Assembly (NCBI GenBank): GCA_963727445.1
Contig: CAVSGI010000027.1
Coordinates: 288,001 to 352,000, forward strand
Length of the DNA stretch: 64,000 nucleotides
Origin: an uncultured delta proteobacterium
GTDB lineage: Bacteria; Myxococcota_A; Polyangia; Polyangiales; B10-G4
Direction of reading: 5' to 3'
Positions 7,529-17,109 of this stretch are shown piece by piece. Made by a program: the position numbers and the translations under genes. The notes under the pieces were generated by a model, which saw only the letters and a list, made by a program, of their open reading frames with translations, searched no databases and had not been told where the DNA came from. Each line of letters opens with the position of its first letter. The stretch's first letter is position 1.

Positions 7529-7617
7529 TCCGCGGGCTCCGCCGTCCAAGGCCCCACAGACGCCGTATTGCCTTTTCGTGGGCTGCCCACCTGCCCCACG
7601 CCCTTTCGGAGAGTCGA

Positions 7618-8232
7618 ATGAAGCCCACCTTCAAGCTCGCGGTCCTCCTCAGCGCCCTGACCGCGCTGGTCGTCCCCAACCTCTCGGCTGCGGCCCAGAG
7701 CGGTCCGGCGGGCCGCTACCTCGAGGGACGCCACCAGGAGGTGAAGCGGATCCTGGCGCGCGGCCAGAACGGGGGGAGCCCAGAGGTCACCCGGATCATC
7801 AGCAGCCTCCTCGACTTCGAAGGGGTCTCCCAGGCCGCCCTCGGCGACCACTGGGAAGAGCGCTCCCCCCAGGAGCGCCGGGAGTTCGTCGACCTGCTCC
7901 GCACGCTCGTCGAGCGCAACTACCAGGAGCAGCTCCGGACGACGCAGGCCTACGAGGTCACCTACGGGGACGAGCGGACCCGCGGCGAGATGGTGGTGGT
8001 GACGACGACCGCACGCTCCACCGAGAACCGGCGCGCCCCCGAGGTCAGCATCGATTACCACATGAAGCGTCGAGGCAACCGCTGGATCGTCGAGGACGTC
8101 ATCACCGACGGCGTCTCCATGGTGCGCAACTATCGCAATCAGTTCGACCGCATCATCTCCCGCGACGGGTGGGACGGCCTGATGGAGCGCATGCGCAGCC
8201 GCGTGGAAGACGGCGACGAAGAGGGCAGCTGA
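7618..8232 (+). CDS. MlaC/Ttg2D family periplasmic lipid-binding protein
   Basis: Signal peptide; LDFEGVSQAALGDHW, WIVEDVITDGVSMVRNYRNQF. Confidence 0.88.
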   Translation: MKPTFKLAVLLSALTALVVPNLSAAAQSGPAGRYLEGRHQEVKRILARGQNGGSPEVTRIISSLLDFEGVSQAALGDHWEERSPQERREFVDLLRTLVERNYQEQLRTTQAYEVTYGDERTRGEMVVVTTTARSTENRRAPEVSIDYHMKRRGNRWIVEDVITDGVSMVRNYRNQFDRIISRDGWDGLMERMRSRVEDGDEEGS

Positions 8233-8243
8233 GTCAGCCGTCG

Positions 8244-8966
8244 CTAGACGAGCGCGCGCAGCTGATCGATCCGCCGAACCACGACGCGTCGCTGGTCGAT
8301 CTCGATGATGCCGCGGCGCTTCAGGTCACCGAGCACCAGCGTCACCGTCTCGCGTGTCGAGCCCACGAAGGTCGCGATCTCGAGGTGTGTGTACTTCACG
8401 CCGATCAGATAGCCGCGCGAGTCGGCGATGCCGTGACGCTCCACCGCGTCGCTGAGGAAATCCGCGACCCGTGACTCGACGGGACGCGTCAGCAGCGCCT
8501 CCATCCGGCGCTCGCAGCGCATACGCTCCAAGAGCACGTTCTCCAGCAGCGAGAGCGTGAGCTCACCATCGGTGGCCAGCGCCGCGCGGAAGAGACGCAG
8601 GGGAACGAGCACCGCCTCCACCCGTTCGGCGGCCCTCGCCTCGGTGTGGAAGCTGCCGTCGACCAGGGCGTCCTCACCGAGGAGTGCCCCTGGTCCGCGA
8701 TAGGCGACGGTGAGCGCCCAATCGTCTCGCGCGGTGCGAAGCAGCCGGACGCGCCCGGAGCCGATCACGTAGACGTGATGGCTGCGGTCGCCCTGCCGAT
8801 GGAGCACACCGCGGCGGTCGAAGGCGGCGCGGTTGCTCTGGCGAGCGAGGTCGGCGAGAGCGCCGGGGTCGAGATGCTGGAGGATGGGAGACCGCTGTAG
8901 GACCTTCAGTCGGCTGTTCTGGCCTTCCGTCTCGTCCTGGCTCGTCACTACGCTTGCGCTCTGCAT
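8244..8966 (-). CDS. Crp/Fnr family transcriptional regulator (MrpC-like)
   Basis: cNMP-binding-like domain (VYVIGSGRVRL, GALLGE) and HTH THLEIATFVGSTRETVT. Confidence 0.9.
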   Translation of the reverse strand: MQSASVVTSQDETEGQNSRLKVLQRSPILQHLDPGALADLARQSNRAAFDRRGVLHRQGDRSHHVYVIGSGRVRLLRTARDDWALTVAYRGPGALLGEDALVDGSFHTEARAAERVEAVLVPLRLFRAALATDGELTLSLLENVLLERMRCERRMEALLTRPVESRVADFLSDAVERHGIADSRGYLIGVKYTHLEIATFVGSTRETVTLVLGDLKRRGIIEIDQRRVVVRRIDQLRALV

Positions 8967-9059
8967 GATTCCAGTATTTACACGAAAATGCCTAAATACC
9001 GGATTCCTGTCAACGGTTATTTTTCCGTGGACAGTGTTTTTCTCTTCGGCTCCTCCTGA

Positions 9060-9088
9060 TTGACCGCGCAGGGGCTTGGGGCTACGGT
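9060..9088 (+). promoter_or_regulatory. Putative sigma70-type promoter for the DUF507-epimerase-yicC-gmk operon
   Basis: TTGACC-17 nt-TACGGT, ending 12 nt before ATG 9101. Confidence 0.5.
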
Positions 9089-9100
9089 CCGCCCGCTCTC

Positions 9101-9616
9101 ATGCGACTTTTCAGTGGAAAGATCGGCGCCATCGCCGACGACGTCGTCCGGACCCTGACCACGGGCGGGGACATCGAGGTCGAGTCCGAAGAGGAGGTCC
9201 GCCTCGACATCGAAGCGGTCCTCAAAGAGTTCCTGCGAATGGACCGGGAGATCGCCGACGAGGCGAAGAACCGGATGGAAGTTCGTGGGCTCGGTTACGG
9301 CAATCTCGGCCGCGTCAAATCGCAGGTCGCCAAGGAGCGCGGTGCCCCGCCGCCCGACGAGATCCTGCCCTACATCCTGGGGCAGATCCTCAACATGCTC
9401 TTCCACAGCAACAACGTCGCGGAGATCTACTCGGAGGACATCGAGCTCCGAACGAAGATCACGCCCGTCCTGAAGCGCCACATGGATGTCGAGGGTGAGC
9501 TCGACAAGGAAGTGCGCTCGAAGATCAAGAACATGGAAGAGGGGACCGCCGCCTTCGAAGTCGAGTACGAGAAGGTGATGGCCCAGATGAAGCGCAAGCG
9601 CGGCCTCGAGCGCTGA
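9101..9616 (+). CDS. DUF507 family protein
   Basis: 171 aa; ELDKEVRSKIKNMEEGTAAFEVEYEKVMAQMKRKRGL C-terminus resembles DUF507. Confidence 0.75.
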   Translation: MRLFSGKIGAIADDVVRTLTTGGDIEVESEEEVRLDIEAVLKEFLRMDREIADEAKNRMEVRGLGYGNLGRVKSQVAKERGAPPPDEILPYILGQILNMLFHSNNVAEIYSEDIELRTKITPVLKRHMDVEGELDKEVRSKIKNMEEGTAAFEVEYEKVMAQMKRKRGLER

Positions 9617-10566
9617 TGCGCGCCCTGGTGACGGGCGGCGCGGGGTTCATCGGATCCTCCATCGCGCGTGCGCTGCTCGCCCGTGGCGACGACGTCGTCG
9701 TGCTCGACGACTTCTCTACGGGACGCGAGTCCAATCTCGAGGGCCTCTCCGGCAACCTCGTCATCGAGCGCGGTGATGTCCGGGACCTCACGCTGGTCGA
9801 GCGCCTGGTCGAGGGCGTCCATGTGATCTTTCATCAGGCGGCGATGCCGTCGGTGGCGGCGTCGGTCGACGACCCGCTCACCTGCGACGCGATCAACGTC
9901 CACGGCACGGTGGGACTGCTCGAGTCGGCGCGCAGAAGCGGCGTCGAGCGCGTGGTCTTCGCCGCCTCCGCCGCCGCCTACGGCGACGACCCCGAGCTCC
10001 CCAAGCGCGAGTCGATGCGCCCGGCGCCTCTGTCCCCCTACGCCGTGAGCAAGGTGGCCGGCGAGCACTACCTGCGCATCTACGCCGAGCTCTACGGAAT
10101 GAAGACGCTCGCGCTTCGGTATTTCAACGTCTTCGGCCCGCGCCAGGATCCAGCGAGCGACTACGCCGCTGCGATCCCCAAGTTCATCTCCATGCTGCTC
10201 TCCGGCGAGCGCCCGCGCATCTTCGGCGACGGCGAACAGACACGCGACTTCTGTTACATCGACAACGTCGTGCACGCGAACCTGCTCGCCCTCGAATGCG
10301 CCGACGCGCGGGGTCAGGTGGTGAACGTGGCCGACGGCGGCGCGATCACCATCAACGCGCTGGTGGCCGAGCTCGCGAAGATCTGCGGCCGCGAGGTGGA
10401 GCCGCTCCACGTCGACGAGCGTCCCGGCGACATCAAACACTCGCGCGCGGACATCTCCCTCGCCCAGAGCCTCCTCGGTTACGCGCCGCAGAAGAGCGTC
10501 GCCGAGGGCCTGGCCCTCACCGTCGAGCACTTTCGGGACCTCGCGCCGGAGGGCGCGCGCGGATGA
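9616..10566 (+). CDS. NAD-dependent epimerase/dehydratase (extended SDR, UDP-sugar 4-epimerase-like)
   Basis: LVTGGAGFIGS, SPYAVSK (YxxxK), LRYFNVFGPRQ, GDGEQTRDF. Confidence 0.93.
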   Translation: MRALVTGGAGFIGSSIARALLARGDDVVVLDDFSTGRESNLEGLSGNLVIERGDVRDLTLVERLVEGVHVIFHQAAMPSVAASVDDPLTCDAINVHGTVGLLESARRSGVERVVFAASAAAYGDDPELPKRESMRPAPLSPYAVSKVAGEHYLRIYAELYGMKTLALRYFNVFGPRQDPASDYAAAIPKFISMLLSGERPRIFGDGEQTRDFCYIDNVVHANLLALECADARGQVVNVADGGAITINALVAELAKICGREVEPLHVDERPGDIKHSRADISLAQSLLGYAPQKSVAEGLALTVEHFRDLAPEGARG

Positions 10567-11465
10567 CGCTCCGGTCCATGACCGGTTTCGGCCAGGCGGA
10601 GGCGTCCCTCGGCGGGCGGCGCCTTCGGGTCGAGCTCCGCACCGTCAACCACCGCTACGTCGACGTTCGGGTGCGCTTGCCCTCGGAGCTCGCCGAGCAC
10701 ACGCCCGCGGCCGAGGCGCTGTTGAAGTCGCGCATCGGGCGCGGGCGCGTGGAGATGACGGCGCGCCTCGAGAGCGCAGGCGCCGCGGGTGGCCTGACGC
10801 TGGACGTCGAGCGGGCGCGCGCAGCCCTCGCCGCCATCGTCGCGCTCCGAGACGAGCTCGCGCCATCGGAGCCGGTGCCGCTGAGCCTGCTGAGCAGCGT
10901 GCCCGACCTCTTCACACCCGCCACCATCGGCAAGGGCGAAGATGCAAGGCGCATCGTGGCCGAGACCCTGGGCAGCGCGATCGACGACCTCGACTCGATG
11001 CGCGAGCGGGAGGGCGAGGCCCTCGCTGCCGACTTCGAAACGCGGCTCGGAATCGTGCGCGCGCAGGTGGGATCGATCGCCGAGGTGCGTGAGTCCCTGG
11101 TCCAGGCCCAGCGCGACCGACTCAAGCAACGGGTGAGCGAGCTCCTCGAGGACTCGGGCACGAGCCTCGACCCCGGCCGCCTCGAACAGGAAGTGGCGTT
11201 TCTCGCGGACAAGAGCGACGTGAGCGAGGAGCTCACGCGCCTCGAGAGCCATCTCGACCAGTTCGCCTCTCTGATGGCGACCGAGGGCAGCGCAGGCAAA
11301 GCGATGCCTCAGGTGGGCCGCAAGCTGGACTTCCTGGTCCAGGAGATGAATCGGGAGGTCAACACCATCGGAAGCAAGTGCTCCGATGCCGGGGTCGCCC
11401 ACACGGTGGTCGCGCTGAAGGCCGAGATCGAGCGCATTCGGGAGCAGGTCCAAAACGTCGTGTGA
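10563..11465 (+). CDS. yicC: YicC/YloC family endoribonuclease
   Basis: RSMTGFG, RTVNHRY, DVSEELTRL, GRKLDFLVQEMNREVNTIGSK, IREQVQNV. Confidence 0.95.
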   Translation: MTLRSMTGFGQAEASLGGRRLRVELRTVNHRYVDVRVRLPSELAEHTPAAEALLKSRIGRGRVEMTARLESAGAAGGLTLDVERARAALAAIVALRDELAPSEPVPLSLLSSVPDLFTPATIGKGEDARRIVAETLGSAIDDLDSMREREGEALAADFETRLGIVRAQVGSIAEVRESLVQAQRDRLKQRVSELLEDSGTSLDPGRLEQEVAFLADKSDVSEELTRLESHLDQFASLMATEGSAGKAMPQVGRKLDFLVQEMNREVNTIGSKCSDAGVAHTVVALKAEIERIREQVQNVV

Positions 11466-11495
11466 GTGGAGTAAGCTCTCGTCCGAGGTATCTGG

Positions 11496-12113
11496 ATGAA
11501 CCACGACCTCCTGCTCCTGATCATCAGCTCGCCCTCGGGCGCCGGCAAGACGACACTCACCAAGCGTCTGCTGGAAGCAGGCGACCTCATGTTCTCGGTG
11601 AGCCACACGACGCGAACGCCGCGAACGGGTGAGGTCGACGGTCAGGACTATCACTTCATCGATCGCACGACGTTCGAGCAGGAGATCGAAGCCGGCCGCT
11701 TCGCCGAGTGGGCGAAGGTGCACGACAACCTCTACGGCACCAGCCTCTCGGAGCTCGACCGGGCGCGGAGCGCGGGCTTCCGCGGCATCGTCTTCGACGT
11801 CGACTATCAGGGCGCCCGTCAGATCAAAGCACGCCTGCCACAAGCCATCGGAGTCTTCATCCTGCCGCCGTCCCTGGCAGAGCTGAAGAACCGCCTCGAG
11901 AAGCGCGGCCTCGACACACCCGAAGTGATCAATCGACGCTTCGACAACGCAAAGCACGAGATCGAGCATTACCTCTTCTTCGACTATCTGATCGTCAACG
12001 AGAAGGTGGAGACCGCCGCGGCGACGCTCCGCGGGATCGTCTACGCCGAAGGCTGTCGTCGCGAGCGCCTCGCGCAGACCGCAGAGAAGCTGCTCAGGAC
12101 CGGAGAGACGTGA
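11496..12113 (+). CDS. gmk: Guanylate kinase
   Basis: SSPSGAGKTT, SVSHTTRTPRTGEVDGQDYHF, FILPPS; follows yicC. Confidence 0.96.
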   Translation: MNHDLLLLIISSPSGAGKTTLTKRLLEAGDLMFSVSHTTRTPRTGEVDGQDYHFIDRTTFEQEIEAGRFAEWAKVHDNLYGTSLSELDRARSAGFRGIVFDVDYQGARQIKARLPQAIGVFILPPSLAELKNRLEKRGLDTPEVINRRFDNAKHEIEHYLFFDYLIVNEKVETAAATLRGIVYAEGCRRERLAQTAEKLLRTGET

Positions 12114-14014
12114 AGGAAGCCGTGTTCTCGGTCGCCGTGTTGGTGGCGACCGTCTCGTGGGCCGCCCCCACAGGCGCACAGGAGCCCGTGGTGCTCGACG
12201 TCGCAGAGGCCGACGCGACCCTGGCCGCCACCGGCTTGTCGGTCGCCTACGACGACGATGACGACGACGAAAACGGGGTCGCGGACGCCGAACAGGGGTC
12301 GGACGTGCCGATGGACGACGTGCGGCGCCTCCGGATCCGCGGCAGCGAGCCGGTCGAGGTTCGCGTCAGCGAGGGGCTGCGTCTGATCCGCAATGGACGG
12401 CCCGCAGGCGACCACGTCGCCCTGCCCGCCCGAACGCTGCCCACCATCATCGGCGTGCAGGGAGTGGCTCCATCCGCCCGCTCTCGCGACCGAAGCCTGA
12501 CGCTGGTCGCCGGCGGCGCCGAGACGCTCATCCCGATCACCGTCGTTCACGCGTCCTTCCTCAGCGCCGGTAACGCGCGGCTCGATCCCCGCAGCGCAGC
12601 CGCTGGCGTGTCTCGCGCGATCACCAACGATGCCAGCCTCGAACGTGACGTCTCCTTCGGCGGGCCGAGCGCGGACCCGGACAACCTTCGAATCCAAGTG
12701 AACGATCCATCGGCGGAAGGGCTCGAGCTGCGCGCGGTGTTGACGAGCGGCCGGCCGGGCGAGCGGCCGCGCTCCCGCCAGGAGCTGACGCTGCGACGGG
12801 CCCGCCCCGAGGGCCCCTTTCGCTCCACCTTCATCCGGTTGGTGGGGGACGTGGTGGATCAAGAGGCGCCCGGCGTCGCCGATCGAGTGCTCCGCGTGGC
12901 GCTTCGAGACGAGCTGCGTCTCGAGTACGAGCTCGGCGATGGCGCCGTGGGGACGAGCGTGCGCGTCGGGCGCGCGGGCAGCGAGGATGGCCCGCAAGCC
13001 GCCCGGCGAGCCGCGCTTCGGATCCGTGTGCTCCGACATCGTCGGGGCGGTGTTCCGGCGGTGGGGGACAACGACCAGGGCGCGATCCGCATCGCCCAGG
13101 AACAGATCCGCATCGCCAACGAGATCTGGCTCCAGTGCTATCTGGATTTCGGCCCACCGGGCCGGGCCGACATCGCGGTCATCGATCCCCCTCCCCCGGC
13201 CCTTCTGGCGATCGGCGACGGCGCCGCCCTCCCGGCCCGCGGCGGCGGGGTCATCCGATTTCGCGCCAACGGGCGCCTCTTCCGCGTGCCGACCACCCCT
13301 GGAGCGCCGCCCGTTCAAACGGCGCTGGCCGTCGCGGCCGCTCTTCAGACGGCGGGGCTCGCCGCGCGCGTCACCGAAAACCCGCCCACGGAGTTCGGCG
13401 CCGGTCGCAGCGCCGACATCGTCGTGCGCGACCTCGCGGGCAACCTCGCGCGACTGGGCCCGGACCGCAACGCGCCGCTATCCACCGACGCCCGCCAGGG
13501 CGCTCAGATCGGCGTCGTCGATCTCACCGACGGCCTCTTGGAGTTCGACAACATGACCGCCGCCGCCGGGACTCTCGAAGAGCGCGCGTTGATCAAGACC
13601 CTCGCCGACGACGATCCCAGCACCATCGACCTCTTCATCGTGAATCGTTTCACAGCGGGCACGCGCCAGGGAGAAGCCTTCATCGAGGCCGACGGAAGCG
13701 CGATCATCAACACCCTGATCCTGGATCGAAACGGTATCCGCCAGCAGCGCGAGGCGTGGACGCAGTCCCACGAGATCGGGCACATCTTGTTGGACATGCC
13801 CTTTCATCCGGACAACGTCGGACCAGATCGCCCGTGGCTCCTGATGGACGCCGACTCCAGCCAGGGTCTGGTCACCGGCCCCAAGCGCATCACGCGTGAT
13901 CAATGCCATCGAGTGCGCGCCCGAAGCGGCGTCCACGCGACTCCGGCGCTCCTTCGCCGCCTCGGCGAGCCGGCGCCAACGGCGCCCGGGGCGCCGTCGC
14001 GCAACGCTCGCTGA
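12110..14014 (+). CDS. Secreted hypothetical protein with acidic DxDxNG-type motif and C-terminal HExxH metallopeptidase-like motif
   Basis: GTG overlaps gmk stop; signal peptide; YDDDDDDENGVAD; SHEIGHILLDMPFH...WLLMD. Confidence 0.7.
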   Translation: MKEAVFSVAVLVATVSWAAPTGAQEPVVLDVAEADATLAATGLSVAYDDDDDDENGVADAEQGSDVPMDDVRRLRIRGSEPVEVRVSEGLRLIRNGRPAGDHVALPARTLPTIIGVQGVAPSARSRDRSLTLVAGGAETLIPITVVHASFLSAGNARLDPRSAAAGVSRAITNDASLERDVSFGGPSADPDNLRIQVNDPSAEGLELRAVLTSGRPGERPRSRQELTLRRARPEGPFRSTFIRLVGDVVDQEAPGVADRVLRVALRDELRLEYELGDGAVGTSVRVGRAGSEDGPQAARRAALRIRVLRHRRGGVPAVGDNDQGAIRIAQEQIRIANEIWLQCYLDFGPPGRADIAVIDPPPPALLAIGDGAALPARGGGVIRFRANGRLFRVPTTPGAPPVQTALAVAAALQTAGLAARVTENPPTEFGAGRSADIVVRDLAGNLARLGPDRNAPLSTDARQGAQIGVVDLTDGLLEFDNMTAAAGTLEERALIKTLADDDPSTIDLFIVNRFTAGTRQGEAFIEADGSAIINTLILDRNGIRQQREAWTQSHEIGHILLDMPFHPDNVGPDRPWLLMDADSSQGLVTGPKRITRDQCHRVRARSGVHATPALLRRLGEPAPTAPGAPSRNAR

Positions 14015-14015
14015 T

Positions 14016-14870
14016 TCAGCTCTTGCGGATCGCCTCGAGCGTCTCGGGGTCGAGGTGCACGTCCATCTGCGGGAACGGGATCCCCATCTTCGCGTCGTCG
14101 AGCGCCTTCTTCGTCTCGTGGATGGTGCGCTGATAGACGTCCCAGAACTCGTCGGTCTTGCACCAGACGCGAACGACCCAGTCCACCGACGAGGCGCCGA
14201 GAGACTTGAGGAAGATCTGTGGCGCGGGGTCCTCGAGGACCCCCTCCACCTTGCCCGGGACCGTCTCCAGGATCTTGCGGGTCTCTTCGGTGTTCGCCGC
14301 ATAGTCGACGCCCACATCGATGTCCGCGCGCCGCGTCTCGTAGTGCGTGAAGTTGGTGATGGTGCTTCCGAAGATCGAGCTGTTCGGGACGATGACCCGC
14401 TTGTTGTCGGGCGTCTTCATGTCGGTGGTGAAGAGGTCGATCTCCTCGATCGAGCCTGCGATGCCTCCGGCATCCACGAAGTCACCCACCTTGAAGGGCC
14501 GGAAGACGAGGAGCATCACGCCCGCCGCGAAGTTCGAGAGCGTTCCCTGGAATGCGAGGCCGACGGCGAGGCCGAGGGCGGCGATGACCGCGGCGAAGCT
14601 CGCCGTCTCGATCCCGAACACCCCGAGGCATCCGAGGATCGCGAATGTGAGGATCGCGTAGCGCACCATCTTCGAGAAGAAGCGGGTGAGCGTCGCGTCG
14701 AACTTTCGCTTCTCGAGCGTGTTGCGCAGCGCACCGCTCAGCCAGCGAGAGACCACCCAGGCGACGAAGAGCGCGAGGAATACGCCCGCGAGCTTGGTGC
14801 CCGTGTCGACGACCCACTCCTTGCCGTCGCCCTCGAGCCACTCGATGATCAGATCCCAGTAGTGTTGCAT
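14016..14870 (-). CDS. mscS: Small-conductance mechanosensitive channel MscS
   Basis: GLAVGLAFQGTLSNFAAGVMLLVFRPFKVGD, VIVPNS, GIPFPQMDVH. Confidence 0.95.
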   Translation of the reverse strand: MQHYWDLIIEWLEGDGKEWVVDTGTKLAGVFLALFVAWVVSRWLSGALRNTLEKRKFDATLTRFFSKMVRYAILTFAILGCLGVFGIETASFAAVIAALGLAVGLAFQGTLSNFAAGVMLLVFRPFKVGDFVDAGGIAGSIEEIDLFTTDMKTPDNKRVIVPNSSIFGSTITNFTHYETRRADIDVGVDYAANTEETRKILETVPGKVEGVLEDPAPQIFLKSLGASSVDWVVRVWCKTDEFWDVYQRTIHETKKALDDAKMGIPFPQMDVHLDPETLEAIRKS

Positions 14871-14880
14871 CGCGATTCTC

Positions 14881-15762
14881 CTAGAGCAGCGTGTAGACCA
14901 GGTTGACCTGGGTGAGGGTGTCGAGCTTCTTCGCGCCGAAGGTCGGCACGTTGTCGAACTGCATGCGGAACTTCAGCTCCGCCAGCAGGTTTCCGACGAT
15001 GTTGATTCGGAGGGCGTTCTCCCAGTTGAAGCGAACGTCCTCGTAGCCGTGGTACTGGACACCGTCGGGGTCAGTCCGGAAGACACCGAAGTTGAGGTTG
15101 ATCAGGAACTCGAGCCCGGTGCGGAAGGTGAGGTTGTCGGCCACGTGATTGTCGTAGCCGATGAACGCGCGCGCGGAGTGGATCGCCTGACTGTTCAGAA
15201 GGGCGGCCGGGTCGGTGCCCATGGTATCGATCCGCGAGTAGTCGTAGACGTCGTAGGTGAAGTCGTAGCCGATCTCGCCCCAGAGCCGGTGCTTGCCTTC
15301 CTGCTCCAAGAAGAAGTTGCGAAGATAGCCGGCTTGAGCCGAACTCCGGGGCGCGACGCCGGCGAACTGGTCCCAGCGAAACCGCGCGGCGATGAAGACC
15401 GCGTTCATCGGGTCGAAGAAGAAGTCGTAGCGCCCGCGCGCGTTGAAGTTCTCCGCGGTCTTGTCCGAAAAGCCCTGACTGGCGAGACCGAGGACGTAGG
15501 CGAGCTCGAGCTCGACGTGGTGAGGCAGGGTCGTGTACGAAAAATTCCCCCCCGCGTTGAGTGTCATGTTCTCCGTGTTGCCGGTGTTCAGCACCAGACC
15601 CGCGGAGATGTCGAGGGTGACGGGATCCTCTGGCTCTTCGGCGGGGATCTCCTCTGCCACCTCCTCGGCATGCTGCTCCGGCGTGGCAGGCGTCTGCGCC
15701 TGCGCCGTGGCCGACGTAAGAACCACGAAGAACGACATCCACGACAACACGAGCCAGCGCAT
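14881..15762 (-). CDS. DUF481 (YdiY-like) outer membrane beta-barrel protein
   Basis: Signal peptide; GLVLNTGNTE, DKTAENFNARGRYD, KKLDTLTQVNLVYTL. Confidence 0.75.
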   Translation of the reverse strand: MRWLVLSWMSFFVVLTSATAQAQTPATPEQHAEEVAEEIPAEEPEDPVTLDISAGLVLNTGNTENMTLNAGGNFSYTTLPHHVELELAYVLGLASQGFSDKTAENFNARGRYDFFFDPMNAVFIAARFRWDQFAGVAPRSSAQAGYLRNFFLEQEGKHRLWGEIGYDFTYDVYDYSRIDTMGTDPAALLNSQAIHSARAFIGYDNHVADNLTFRTGLEFLINLNFGVFRTDPDGVQYHGYEDVRFNWENALRINIVGNLLAELKFRMQFDNVPTFGAKKLDTLTQVNLVYTLL

Positions 15763-15864
15763 CACCACCTCCCTCTTCGCGCCCCAAGGCGCGCGGCGGC
15801 CCGAGTATCGGCCCCGATCCGCCGGGGTCAAGGGCAGAGGCGGTATGTATTCTCATACTGGGCT

Positions 15865-17094
15865 ATGCTCGGTCGCGTGAAGACCTCGCCCTTCGCCCTG
15901 ACGCTCTTCACCCTCCTCGCGGGCTGTGGAAGTCCCGACTCGGGGGGCCCGACCCCATGCGAGATGGCGACCGCTGGCCTCGAGTCCTGCGCCGGCGCCG
16001 AGCTTTCTTCCCCTTTCAGCGCCGAGTGCACCCCCGACGAAGCCCAAAGCGCCCAGGGCCTGTTGGACGAGCTGGATCGTTCGGGATGCGACGGGCCGGC
16101 CGCGGGCAAGGCCGACGGGTTCTGGTGCGGATTCTGGGATCCCTTCGGCTGGTGCGACGAGCCGCTGCCGCCCCTGGGCCCCGATCCCGAGGGTCAGCCG
16201 ACCCTCTATCCGATCCTCCTCGCCCACGGCTTCAACACCAGCACCACCAACTTCTGGCGCTTCAACGATGTCGACGTCGCGCTCCGGGACGATGGGCACA
16301 CGGTGGTGCTCGGCTCGGTCCCGCCCTTCGACACCTCGGCGGTGCGCGCCGAATACCTCGCGCAGCAGGTCGACGCGCTCCTCGAGGAGACGGGCGCGGA
16401 GAAGGTGAACCTGATCTGCTTCTCTCAAGGCGGCGTGGATTGCCGCTACCTGGTGAGCCCCGGCGGCCTCGGCTACGGCGACCGGATCGCCACCGTGTCG
16501 ACCCTCTCGTCCCCACATCGCGGAACCTACGTCGCCGACGCGGCGCTGGCGATCCTCCCCGATCCCGACAGCTGGTCGGGGCGCGTCGTCGACACGCTCA
16601 CCACCTGGTACGGCCAGAGCTTCAGCGAGCTCGCCGACGACAGTCATTTCATCGACGCGATGGACTCGATGAGCGAGGCGCGAATGGCGGAGTTCAACGA
16701 GACCGTCGTCGACCACCCGGACGTCTATTACCAGTCTTGGGCGGGCTTCTCATACGTAGCCGGTCTGCCGAATCCGCGCGACACCATCGTCGACGACTGC
16801 CGCGACGAATCGGGCGAGTCGCTGATGATCTGGCACGAGGGCACGCGCGACTTGATGGACCCGCTCCTGGCGGGGGGCGCGGCGCTGGTCGCGCACGGGA
16901 CCGAGCTGCATCCGAACGATGGCGTGTCGATGGTCACCAGCGCCCATTGGGGTCGGTTCCGCGGCTGCATCCCCGCCGATCATCTCGACCAGGTCGGACA
17001 GATCGACGACCAGGGACCAGATCGCCGCACGGGATTCGACTACCTGCGCTTCTACCGCAACATCGCTTTCGAGCTGGCCGAGATGGGCTACTGA
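15865..17094 (+). CDS. Lipoprotein triacylglycerol lipase-like alpha/beta hydrolase
   Basis: Lipobox LLAGC; YPILLAHGF, CFSQGG nucleophile elbow, SPHRGT, PNDGVS, ADHLDQVG. Confidence 0.88.
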   Translation: MLGRVKTSPFALTLFTLLAGCGSPDSGGPTPCEMATAGLESCAGAELSSPFSAECTPDEAQSAQGLLDELDRSGCDGPAAGKADGFWCGFWDPFGWCDEPLPPLGPDPEGQPTLYPILLAHGFNTSTTNFWRFNDVDVALRDDGHTVVLGSVPPFDTSAVRAEYLAQQVDALLEETGAEKVNLICFSQGGVDCRYLVSPGGLGYGDRIATVSTLSSPHRGTYVADAALAILPDPDSWSGRVVDTLTTWYGQSFSELADDSHFIDAMDSMSEARMAEFNETVVDHPDVYYQSWAGFSYVAGLPNPRDTIVDDCRDESGESLMIWHEGTRDLMDPLLAGGAALVAHGTELHPNDGVSMVTSAHWGRFRGCIPADHLDQVGQIDDQGPDRRTGFDYLRFYRNIAFELAEMGY

Positions 17095-17109
17095 CGACGG
17101 CCGAAGCCG

